Below, piece by piece: positions 1 through 8,130 of a stretch of DNA of 64,000 nt (position 1 is the stretch's first letter; each line of letters opens with the position of its first letter). The DNA lies in IMG/VR virus record IMGVR_UViG_3300027763_000057, positions 3,525 to 67,524 of that record, one strand, 5' to 3'. The stretch is from a virus (taxonomy: Duplodnaviria > Caudoviricetes). A program made the translations under genes and the position numbers. The notes beneath the pieces were generated by a model. The model searched no databases. It saw nothing but the letters and a program-made list of their open reading frames with translations, and was not told the DNA's origin.

Positions 1-126
1 TTTTCTTTTTAGATTTGAAATCATTACAGCAATAGATGTATATGGGTTAGTAAATTCAATAATCTCATTCACTTCTAGCGTAGAAACCTTACTAGAAACT
101 GAATCTGGGTTAATGTGTCTTGCCAT
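1..126 (-). CDS. hypothetical protein, truncated by window edge
   Basis: ATG at 126, open to base 1 (MARHINPDSVSSKVSTLEV...), preceded by TAACTTTG -7 element. Confidence 0.6.
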   Translation of the reverse strand, partial: MARHINPDSVSSKVSTLEVNEIIEFTNPYTSIAVMISNLKRK

Positions 127-142
127 TTTTGATAATTTTTAA

Positions 143-193
143 CAAAGTTAAGTTAATTATTTTAAATTAAAAAATATTTTTAAATTAATTTTG
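143..193. promoter_or_regulatory. divergent Bacteroidota-type -7 promoter elements
   Basis: TAACTTTG on minus strand (143-150) and TAATTTTG on plus strand (186-193) match TAnnTTTG. Confidence 0.55.
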
Positions 194-842
194 TTGCCTA
201 ATAGGGCAACTTTTGTTACCAAAATGGGAACTTTGTTTCTTATTTGCATGAATTTTACATTAGATTTCATGCAATAGTTTATAAATTGGCAATATATGTC
301 TAGTTTTTGATACTAAAAACTTGACAAATTCGGAAGTGAAACTCGGACAATATCCGAATTAGTGTCACCAATTTATATAAATATGTGACAAATTAAGGGG
401 TAATTCGGTTATATCTTGTAACATATAAAGGGTAAGATTTGTTACAAAATAGGTGCAAATGAATATAAATGGGCGCAAAGTAGTAATAATACTACCCTAA
501 TAGCAAAAAATGTAAACTCTGCAAGTTTTGATAGTGTTCACTTATTTAAGTTGTTCATGTTCCGTGAACGGAGATAAAAAATGAACTGTTGTATAAAATG
601 CAACAATTACTCAATGGAGTGAGTAATTTTACTCAATGAGCCGTAAATGATTGACAATCGGCTCAAGAATGATTGATAAAGTGCCTTATAAAGCACAAAA
701 GCATATCAGAATGTGCATTTTATGACGCATTATGCAATCATTAGTGTCAAATAATGCACTTTATGGTGGATATTTTCATCGCAAATCCGCCAAACCCTTA
801 TAAACATTCGCTTTAGCGAAAAATTTTCCAGAACACTTGGAA
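193..842 (+). ncRNA. non-coding array of ~17 tandem, mutually unrelated inverted repeats; putative structured RNA or operator array
   Basis: No ORF >=60 aa; consecutive stems such as TTGCATGAA/TTCATGCAA, AATTCGGA/TCCGAATT, TTGTAACA/TGTTACAA, AATTACTCA/TGAGTAATT, TGAGCCG/CGGCTCA. Confidence 0.5.
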
Positions 843-1044
843 GGGGAGGGGGTAACGCCCAGAATCAGGGGGCGGTCGAGCGAAAGGGGAAGTCAAGCAA
901 TTCAAGGTACGGGGGGTTCGGTTTTGGTTTTCGGATTCGGTTCATGGCGTGGTATTATTAATATGTTCCCGACCTGCATACAAAGTAGTATGGTATTGAG
1001 TTTGCTATGTGGTAGCGGATTGATGAAGGGGTGATATATTACAC

Positions 1045-1143
1045 GCAATTATTGAGCGGGAAACTTGCTACGATATAGTGTTAAAATTTTAACAAAGCTT
1101 TAACTTTTGTGTTGATTGTGGTATGGGATAGGGGGTGTATATT
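1045..1143 (+). repeat. 99-bp inverted repeat, copy 1
   Basis: Exact reverse complement of 63902-64000. Confidence 0.97.
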
Positions 1144-1152
1144 AAGTTAATG

Positions 1153-1208
1153 ATGTAGCTACATTATTTGTTTTTAATTTAATTATTGTGTATATTTGTA
1201 GCTACAAA
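1153..1208 (+). promoter_or_regulatory. promoter with two palindromic TGTAGCTACA operators
   Basis: TTTG 1167-1170, 20-nt spacer, TATATTTG 1191-1198; ATGTAGCTACAT 1153-1164 and TTTGTAGCTACAAA 1195-1208. Confidence 0.75.
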
Positions 1209-1216
1209 CAATAAAT

Positions 1217-1513
1217 ATGGCAAAAAGCAAACCAATCGGAGTTAGATTTGACTTGAAAAAGTTGGAATTAATTCAAAAAGAACAGAATTTAACATCGGCA
1301 CAATCTGTTTTAAATTATTTAATGGATAATTATGGCAAAACCGAAACGAAAAGAGGCGCACCATTTAAAAATATGCCTCCTTATGACAGAAACAGCCCAA
1401 AATCAGAGGTTGGTTCCAAATTGGAACAAATACTTGTTGAAAACCATAAAACGCCGCCAAAGGGCTTAAAAGGGATAGATTTAGTTATTTGGAAATCTGA
1501 AAATTGGAAATAA
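1217..1513 (+). CDS. putative ribbon-helix-helix DNA-binding protein
   Basis: N-terminal KPIGVRFD beta-strand followed by two amphipathic helices. Confidence 0.55.
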   Translation: MAKSKPIGVRFDLKKLELIQKEQNLTSAQSVLNYLMDNYGKTETKRGAPFKNMPPYDRNSPKSEVGSKLEQILVENHKTPPKGLKGIDLVIWKSENWK

Positions 1514-1541
1514 TTAGTAATTTAGCATAAAATATATAAAT

Positions 1542-2120
1542 ATGAAAAAAACATTGGTATTAGCCTTGTTGTTATTAAGCGTAGTTGAAAATTCTTTTTC
1601 CCAACAAAAAGCGTTAAAAATCTACAATGGCAAATTTGCTTTTTGTGGTGCGTCTGGCGCTGAAAGGACAAAAGACACAATTATGGTACAGGGTAAAAAA
1701 TTCATTTTGGGCGTTTCTATATGTCCAGTTATGGAGGGTCCCTCTATTGCAAACACTATGTTAGTCGCTAATCCATCAATTACTCCTGATGGGACAGACA
1801 AAACCGTTTGGTCATTCTTTTGGTATTACGATTCAGTTCCGCAAGCTCCGTCTTGGAAAACTTTACCTACAGTTAATCGTTCTTTTGTAGTTACAAGAAA
1901 GCCGGGCGGTGGAATGAGCAATATGTTTTGTATGCCTTGTCAAGTTTTGCCAAAGAAAATAAATGGCGTTACATTGGCAAGATGTTTGGGTCCGATTAAT
2001 GAAGCAGCAGTTCCACTTCGTAGAGCAATGAGAGTATTTCCCGGCGAAACATCTATTACACAAGCCCCATTGGGTGCGACTTATCCTGTAGGAACAATTA
2101 TACCCGTTTATAAAAAATAA
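1542..2120 (+). CDS. exported Cys-rich hypothetical protein
   Basis: Sec-type signal peptide MKKTLVLALLLLSVV; five Cys. Confidence 0.65.
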   Translation: MKKTLVLALLLLSVVENSFSQQKALKIYNGKFAFCGASGAERTKDTIMVQGKKFILGVSICPVMEGPSIANTMLVANPSITPDGTDKTVWSFFWYYDSVPQAPSWKTLPTVNRSFVVTRKPGGGMSNMFCMPCQVLPKKINGVTLARCLGPINEAAVPLRRAMRVFPGETSITQAPLGATYPVGTIIPVYKK

Positions 2121-2185
2121 TTAATTTATTTTAAAAAAATACTACTTTTACAAAGTTCTGTGTTTTTTTGATTGATTTTTAGTTG

Positions 2186-2213
2186 AAGCCCTCCTTTCTA
2201 GGGGGGCTTTTTT
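2186..2213 (+). terminator. intrinsic terminator hairpin between convergent genes
   Basis: AAGCCCTCCT-TTCT-AGGGGGGCTT followed by a T run. Confidence 0.8.
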
Positions 2214-2721
2214 ATTTATTTTGATTATAATATTCAATCAATACTTGTGGTATTTTTCTTTTTTCTTCTTCGGCAATATTTGGGTATATTTTTATAAACT
2301 TTTCTATTATTTCATCAAAACAATTCATATCTATAAGGTCAATGACACTATTATCAAAATTAGTATGGCAACTATTACCCCAAAAACAAAGTTCAATCCA
2401 ATTATCTGGATGCGTGGCTATTGATGGAAATAATCTTTTTGGCAATATATGTGCTATGCTATAATGAAACTTTTCATCATCTTTTTTTGATGATGGATTA
2501 TTGCAGTTAGAACAAATCCCCTTCATTTCTTTTCTACGCTCTTTAAACCAATCCCATAATTGCTCCTTATCTTCTTTTATATTTTCGTGCCTATACTTTA
2601 TAATTCTATTAGCCGTATCCTCAAGTGTTGCGTGCTTTTTACATCTGCTTTTGCTAAAATTATAATCATAACAACCACATTTAAGTTGTTTTTTCTTAAC
2701 TATTATTGTGCTATATGTCAT
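2212..2721 (-). CDS. HNH-like Zn-binding endonuclease
   Basis: CSNC...AHILPK...NWIELC...CHTNFD. Confidence 0.7.
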   Translation of the reverse strand: MTYSTIIVKKKQLKCGCYDYNFSKSRCKKHATLEDTANRIIKYRHENIKEDKEQLWDWFKERRKEMKGICSNCNNPSSKKDDEKFHYSIAHILPKRLFPSIATHPDNWIELCFWGNSCHTNFDNSVIDLIDMNCFDEIIEKFIKIYPNIAEEEKRKIPQVLIEYYNQNK

Positions 2722-3100
2722 TTTGTTTATTATTTGCTATGTCGTTTAGTAATCTTGTTAATGGAATTAAAAATCCTTTGGAAGTGTTATTATCACCTCC
2801 GTTTTTAATAAATATGTTTTGTTTAAAATAAACTCTACATACTTCTTTTAAGGCTTTAGTTGGCAATATTAATGATGAATCAAGTTCGCTCATTCTGTAA
2901 ATCCAATAATCAGCAGTAGTGGTTGCTAGTCCACTTGGCTTATCTCTTGATTCGTATTCAATAAATAAGTTACCTGTTTTATGTATCATTCTATCGTTTT
3001 TTACTTCTATAAGTTTACCATTAGAAAACAATTCATTTATCCAATCTTCGGCTTTTTCACCAAAATTTAAGTCGTGAGTAAAACTAGATGAGTATTTCAT
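2711..3100 (-). CDS. PD-(D/E)XK-like nuclease-fold phage protein
   Basis: IEVKND...TGNLFIEYESRDKPSGLATTTADYW, a common phage family. Confidence 0.6.
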   Translation of the reverse strand: MKYSSSFTHDLNFGEKAEDWINELFSNGKLIEVKNDRMIHKTGNLFIEYESRDKPSGLATTTADYWIYRMSELDSSLILPTKALKEVCRVYFKQNIFIKNGGDNNTSKGFLIPLTRLLNDIANNKQNDI

Positions 3101-3210
3101 AAATTATTTATTTTATTTTCATCGTCATCAACTAATGGTGCATTAAGCATATCATATCCCAACTTAAACCATATAAGAATTAAACAAATCATACCATATA
3201 CTATTCCCAT
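3097..3210 (-). CDS. 37-aa membrane peptide (not in ORF track)
   Basis: MGIVYGMICLILIWFKLGY...; ATGA overlap with next gene; TACTTTTG element at 3229-3236. Confidence 0.5.
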   Translation of the reverse strand: MGIVYGMICLILIWFKLGYDMLNAPLVDDDENKINNL

Positions 3211-3228
3211 TTTATTATTATTTATATG

Positions 3229-3312
3229 CAAAAGTAATTAATTAAATTAAATAAATAAAAAATATTTTTCAAAAAATAAATTTTGCAATTAAAAATAAAG
3301 TTCATTACTTTG
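3229..3312. promoter_or_regulatory. divergent promoter region
   Basis: TACTTTTG on minus strand (3229-3236); TTTG ~3282 plus TTACTTTG ~3305-3312 on plus strand. Confidence 0.5.
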
Positions 3313-3331
3313 CCTTTCAATCAAAAAATTT

Positions 3332-3529
3332 ATGAAAAATTCAAATGTAAAAGACGAGATTCTACTCTATCTTGAACAGGAAGAACGACCACTAGCTTGG
3401 CTTTCAAGGAAAACAGAAATACCATATCCAACACTTTATTCAATTTTTATTCAAAGGATAATGAATCTTTCTGATAAAAATTTGGCTACAATTAACAAAG
3501 TGCTAGATACCGATTTTATTAACGATTAA
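3332..3529 (+). CDS. Cro/XRE-family HTH regulator
   Basis: LAWLSRKTEIPYPTLYS HTH pattern; heads the replication operon. Confidence 0.75.
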   Translation: MKNSNVKDEILLYLEQEERPLAWLSRKTEIPYPTLYSIFIQRIMNLSDKNLATINKVLDTDFIND

Positions 3530-3539
3530 TTACAAAAAG

Positions 3540-4235
3540 ATGGCTAAAAGATTTACCGACACTGAAAAGTGGAAAAAGCCCTTTATAAGGGGCTTACAAG
3601 GGGCTTATAAGCTCCTTTGGTTATATATCTGCGATGATTGCGACCACGCAGGTATTTGGCAAGTGGATATAGAGGTTGCTCAAATAAGAATTGGTGAAAA
3701 AATAGATTCAAAAGAAGCAGTTAAAAGTTTTGATGAAAAAATTATAATTTTTGATAAAGGCAATAAGTGGTTTATTCCATCTTTTTTAGAATTTCAGTAC
3801 CCATCTGGTTTAAATCCCGACAATAGAGCGCACAATTCTGTAATTATATTGCTTGAAAAATATAATTTAAAAATATCTAACAATAAGCCCCTTATAAGCC
3901 CCTCGGAAGGGTCTATGGATATGGATATGGTTAAGGATATGGATAAGGATATGGTAAAAGGAGAGAAAAAAGTAAAATTTAAAGAAAATATTTTATTGAC
4001 ACAAAAAGAGCATCTACAGCTTGTTGCAGAATTTGGCGAAAAGCATGTAATTGACTTTTATGAATATTTGTCAGGGTATAAAATAGAGAAGTCATATAAA
4101 ACAAAATCAGATTACTTAACCATAAAGAGGTGGGTTGTAGATGCTATATTGAAGCAAAATAAGACATTAGTTTCTCCAAAAAATAAGTATCAGAACGAAT
4201 TAGAAACCGCTAGAAACGCCTTTAAACCAATATAA
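3540..4235 (+). CDS. phage replication initiator / replisome organiser
   Basis: wHTH-like N-terminus (KRFTDTEKW...LWLYICDDCDHAG), MDMDMVKDMDKD linker, C-terminal YKTKSDYLTIKRW domain; upstream of helicase. Confidence 0.65.
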   Translation: MAKRFTDTEKWKKPFIRGLQGAYKLLWLYICDDCDHAGIWQVDIEVAQIRIGEKIDSKEAVKSFDEKIIIFDKGNKWFIPSFLEFQYPSGLNPDNRAHNSVIILLEKYNLKISNNKPLISPSEGSMDMDMVKDMDKDMVKGEKKVKFKENILLTQKEHLQLVAEFGEKHVIDFYEYLSGYKIEKSYKTKSDYLTIKRWVVDAILKQNKTLVSPKNKYQNELETARNAFKPI

Positions 4236-4237
4236 CG

Positions 4238-6097
4238 ATGATTACCATTTTTAAGAACATCTTTTCCAAAGAACCAAATTACATTTCTATTGAAGCTGCA
4301 TTGAAAAGAATACAGCAGGGAAAAAGTAAGGCAATAGTAGAGGAGATTAGAAAAACAATTGATAAGGAGAAAGCAAATAAAATAAAATTAAACCTTCCGT
4401 CTATTTGCTTTAGTGGAAAATTTGGAGCAGATAGAACCGATGTTCAATTAATTCAGCATAGTGGTTTTGTTGTGCTTGATTTTGATAATATTTTTGAATT
4501 ACGAGATAAGCAAACTGAAATAATATCAAATCCATTTGTTTACGCTTGTTGGATTAGCCCTTCTGGAAATGGATTGAAGGCATTGGTAAAAATAGCTAAT
4601 GGTTCAAAACATAGGGAACACTTTCAAGCCTTACAAGAAGTTTTTCCTGAAATTGACCGAAGTGGGATTAATGTAAGTCGGGTTTGTTATGAAAGTTATG
4701 ACACCGAAATTTACATAAACGAAAATGCTGAAGTATTTAAAAAAATTAAGAAAACAGAGAAGGTTGTTGTTTACGAAAAGAATGATGATGATGAAAAGAT
4801 ATTTAAAAATATCGTTACTTGGCTTTCAAATAAAAACGAAGCATTTGTAACAGGGGAAAGGAATAATTTTATTTTTAAATTAGCATCCGCTTGTTGCCGA
4901 TTTGGTATTAATGAAATGACCGCTAATTCAATGATTCATAGCGAGTTTTTGACTAATTCTGAATTTACAAAAAATGAAGCTAATAGGGCAATTCGTTCAG
5001 CATACAAAGCAAATTCGGGTAATTTTGGTAGCGCATCTTTTGATAAAGAAATATTGGTAGATAAGGTTTCAAGAAGGGAAGTTGAAGTTGAAAAAGCTGT
5101 ATTTGATGAAGGAATAAAATTGAAAGATGTAATATATGGAATTGATGTAAAAGAGCAAGCGTTACGAATTTATGATGAAGGGTATGCTAAAGTAGAAGGC
5201 GTTGGAATACCTGAATTAGATGAAAGATTTAAGCCAAAAAGAGGTGAGGTAACCGTTCTTACGGGTATTGGTAACTATGGTAAATCTTCGTTTAAAAAAT
5301 GGTATCAAGCCATGAGGATAATGTTGTACGGAGAGAAGTTTGCTACATTCTCGCCTGAAGATAATCCGCCCGAAGAATATTACCACGACTTTGTTGAGAT
5401 AATATTAGGATGTGATTGTAGCCCCGCCAATCCACACAGACCAAGTAAGCAAGTGTACGAGTATGTGTATGACTTGGTTTGTCATCATGTGTTTTATGTT
5501 TACCCAAAGGATGTATCACCTACGCCTCAATACATAATGGAAGTATTTTTAGAATTAATCGTTAAGGAGAATGTTGATGGTGTTGATATTGACCCGTTTA
5601 ACCAATTGACAAACGAATATCAAAAGTTTCAAAGAAGTGATAAGTATTTGGAGTGGGTATTGTCAGTGTTTTCAAGATTTTCTCAAATAAACAATATTTT
5701 CTTTTGGATAATTGCGCATCCAACAAAAATGCAAAAAGCGGCAGATGGTAACTATCCTTGTCCTGATGTATTTGATTTAACCGATGGAGCTATGTGGAAT
5801 AATAAAATGGATAATATCCTTGTGTACCATAGACCATTTGCGCAAACAGACCCGCAAAACCCATCTTGTGAATTTCATAGTAAAAAAATAAGAAGGCAAA
5901 AGATTGTTGGTAAAAAAGGTTTTATTTTGTTCCAAATGTTTTTCCAAACTAGAAGATTTTTATTTAATGGATTGGATTCATTGCAGAAAATTATTAACGA
6001 TAAAAATATAATTTTAAGACCAGATGTGGCAGTGCAAAAGGCGTTTGATAATTGGGTTCCTTATAAAGATGACAACGGAGAAGAAGTAAATTTTTAA
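4238..6097 (+). CDS. primase-helicase (VirE-N/BT4734-like + PriCT + SF4 Twinkle-like helicase)
   Basis: LDFD, SPSGNGLK, GERNN, Walker A TGIGNYGKS, IDPFNQL, IIAHPTK. Confidence 0.85.
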   Translation: MITIFKNIFSKEPNYISIEAALKRIQQGKSKAIVEEIRKTIDKEKANKIKLNLPSICFSGKFGADRTDVQLIQHSGFVVLDFDNIFELRDKQTEIISNPFVYACWISPSGNGLKALVKIANGSKHREHFQALQEVFPEIDRSGINVSRVCYESYDTEIYINENAEVFKKIKKTEKVVVYEKNDDDEKIFKNIVTWLSNKNEAFVTGERNNFIFKLASACCRFGINEMTANSMIHSEFLTNSEFTKNEANRAIRSAYKANSGNFGSASFDKEILVDKVSRREVEVEKAVFDEGIKLKDVIYGIDVKEQALRIYDEGYAKVEGVGIPELDERFKPKRGEVTVLTGIGNYGKSSFKKWYQAMRIMLYGEKFATFSPEDNPPEEYYHDFVEIILGCDCSPANPHRPSKQVYEYVYDLVCHHVFYVYPKDVSPTPQYIMEVFLELIVKENVDGVDIDPFNQLTNEYQKFQRSDKYLEWVLSVFSRFSQINNIFFWIIAHPTKMQKAADGNYPCPDVFDLTDGAMWNNKMDNILVYHRPFAQTDPQNPSCEFHSKKIRRQKIVGKKGFILFQMFFQTRRFLFNGLDSLQKIINDKNIILRPDVAVQKAFDNWVPYKDDNGEEVNF

Positions 6098-6113
6098 TAT
6101 AAAAAACAAAACA

Positions 6114-6455
6114 ATGATTAGAATTTCTGTAATCGGAAGATTGGGACAAGACGCAGTCGTAAACAATGTCAATGGTAAAAATGTAATTAATTTCTCTGTA
6201 GCCTACAGCGAAAAGTTTAAAAACCAACAAGGAGAAGATACCGAAAGAACAACTTGGGTTTCTTGCGCTTATTGGACAGAAAAGCTTAATGTTGCTAACT
6301 ATTTAAAGAAGGGTACATTAGTTTACACAGAAGGCAAACCTGAAGCAAAGTCTTATCAAAACAATAAGACAAATGAAAATGTTCCTCAATTACATTGTAG
6401 AGTATCAACAATACAATTATTATCAAGTAGTAATAAAGAAGAAAACAATTTTTAA
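6114..6455 (+). CDS. ssb: single-stranded DNA-binding protein
   Basis: IGRLGQDA...FSVA...TTWVSC...YLKKGTLVYTEG OB-fold; acidic tail ending in F. Confidence 0.95.
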   Translation: MIRISVIGRLGQDAVVNNVNGKNVINFSVAYSEKFKNQQGEDTERTTWVSCAYWTEKLNVANYLKKGTLVYTEGKPEAKSYQNNKTNENVPQLHCRVSTIQLLSSSNKEENNF

Positions 6456-6679
6456 TGTATATTCACGAATTAAACAACCCAATAGATGTCGAAACTCCAC
6501 TTGGATACGGAAAGGCAATTGCATGGATTGACTACGGCAGTGACACAAACACTGTTTGGAAAGTCATATTATACCACAACGGCATGGTGCGGAACTTTTA
6601 CGACGACGACATACTTGTTTACCCCAATAAAATGGACGGTGGGGAATTAGATAATGATTATTTTAAAAATAAAAAATAA
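6455..6679 (+). CDS. hypothetical phage protein
   Basis: Translationally coupled ORF in the operon. Confidence 0.7.
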   Translation: MYIHELNNPIDVETPLGYGKAIAWIDYGSDTNTVWKVILYHNGMVRNFYDDDILVYPNKMDGGELDNDYFKNKK

Positions 6680-6684
6680 AAAAA

Positions 6685-6945
6685 ATGACACATTTATTTA
6701 ACTTTTCAAAAGAATATTTTGAATTAATTAAATCAGGAGAAAAAAACTTTATATTAACAAAAAAGGATAGACCATACAAGAATGGTGACGAAATAGTAAT
6801 TCAAGAAATAGACGAGGGATTTGGTTTAACTTCAGACGAATTAAGGTTTAAAATTACTTTAGTTGAAAACGGCGAGGGAATAAAGTCAAATTATTGTATT
6901 ATTGCAATTTGTCCGCAAGATTATATTAAAAAACACGAAAATTAA
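6685..6945 (+). CDS. ASCH/PUA-like (DUF3850-type) protein
   Basis: EYFELIKSGEKNF...DRPYKNGDEIVIQE. Confidence 0.75.
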   Translation: MTHLFNFSKEYFELIKSGEKNFILTKKDRPYKNGDEIVIQEIDEGFGLTSDELRFKITLVENGEGIKSNYCIIAICPQDYIKKHEN

Positions 6946-6952
6946 ATTAAAA

Positions 6953-7213
6953 ATGAAATTTAAACCATTAAACAAAAGAGTATTAGTAAAGCTTGATGAA
7001 GCAAAAATGCAAACAGATGCGGGAATCTATCTTCCGCAAACAGCTCAAAATGATTTTTCAACGGGTAAGGTAATTGCTGTTGGAACTGAAGCTGCGCTTG
7101 TTAAAGAAGGCGATAGAATAATGTTTGCCCATAGCGTAGGGGTAGATATTGAAGTAGATGGGGAGAAGTTAAGGCTAATCCCAGACGAAAGTTATATTGA
7201 CGCTGTGATTTAA
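6953..7213 (+). CDS. groES: co-chaperonin GroES (start re-called at 6953)
   Basis: KPLNKRVLV...TDAGIYLP...GKVIAVG...VKEGDRIMF. Confidence 0.92.
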   Translation: MKFKPLNKRVLVKLDEAKMQTDAGIYLPQTAQNDFSTGKVIAVGTEAALVKEGDRIMFAHSVGVDIEVDGEKLRLIPDESYIDAVI

Positions 7214-7216
7214 TTT

Positions 7217-7250
7217 AAAAAAATGCCTTCAAAATTTTTGGGGGCATTTT
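7217..7250 (+). terminator. intrinsic terminator
   Basis: AAAATGCCTTCAA...TTGGGGGCATTTT hairpin. Confidence 0.65.
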
Positions 7251-7280
7251 AATTTTTAATAAATAAAAAAGTCTAATTTT

Positions 7281-8129
7281 ATGCCATATATGCAAGCACA
7301 ACCGGTAAATCATATTTTTTTAAGTTTAACAAAGCCTATTCAAGATACAATTAAAGTAGGTGATTTAGAGTTATACCTTGACGGGTCGTATAGACCTGAA
7401 TGGAACGCTACAGTAGTAGGTGAAATTTATGGATTGCCAAAAAATCCAAAAGGAGATAATTCAAAAGTTGTTTCTAAACTTAAAAATGGAGATAAGGTTT
7501 TGTTTGATTATTCTGTAGTTGCGGAAAGAAAATTTGAATCAGATGGTGGAAGTTTTACTGAAATAACAAAAGATAGCCCTTATTACCAAAAATTTACAAA
7601 TGGTAAAGGAGAAAGATTGCTTATTGTAGCAATGCCGGGAAAGATAACCCATATATGGGTAGGTACATTGCATGATAAAAGAGGTAACTTTGTTGATGGA
7701 TGCCAAGGGTCTGAACACGATATAAGTAGATGGAAATCTCAATTTAGTTTTGGTGAAACCCAAAGGTTTTTATTTAAAAATTTAATTGATATAAACGACA
7801 AAGATGTTTGGAAAGCTGACTACAGGGATATATATGCTAAAATAGAAAATGATGAACTTGCAACAGTTGGCGATAGAATTATTCTAGAACCAATTGATGA
7901 AAATATACCAAAAGATGTAATAAAGCAAATGGGTATTGTTGATACTATTGATGCAAAAGTTAGACTTGGAGATAGAGCAAAAGTACTATCAGCTCCCGAA
8001 GATTCTGGCTTGGAAAAAGGAGATGTTGTTGGTTTTGAACCGCAGTACCTTGAGAAATATGAATATGGAGATAAATCTTATTATTTAATAAAATCCTATA
8101 GAGCATTAGGAATTTGGGAGGAAAATTAA
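7281..8129 (+). CDS. tandem GroES-like domain protein
   Basis: Two GroES-like segments: LKNGDKVLF and TVGDRIILEP...LEKGDVVGF. Confidence 0.6.
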   Translation: MPYMQAQPVNHIFLSLTKPIQDTIKVGDLELYLDGSYRPEWNATVVGEIYGLPKNPKGDNSKVVSKLKNGDKVLFDYSVVAERKFESDGGSFTEITKDSPYYQKFTNGKGERLLIVAMPGKITHIWVGTLHDKRGNFVDGCQGSEHDISRWKSQFSFGETQRFLFKNLIDINDKDVWKADYRDIYAKIENDELATVGDRIILEPIDENIPKDVIKQMGIVDTIDAKVRLGDRAKVLSAPEDSGLEKGDVVGFEPQYLEKYEYGDKSYYLIKSYRALGIWEEN

Positions 8130-8130
8130 T

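Noticed and set aside
193-842. CRISPR or TIGR-type array
   Set aside because: No constant repeat, fixed period or box C/D motifs, and no cas or Nop-domain gene in the window
837-1034. 65-aa ORF
   Set aside because: TTG start in a G-rich tract with atypical composition; probably spurious
3332-3529. Evidence of integrative lysogeny
   Set aside because: XRE is present, but no integrase, att site or host flank is visible; lifestyle is undetermined
6902-6952. N-terminal extension of GroES in the ORF track
   Set aside because: Overlaps the upstream gene; GroES homology and an A-rich leader point to ATG 6953
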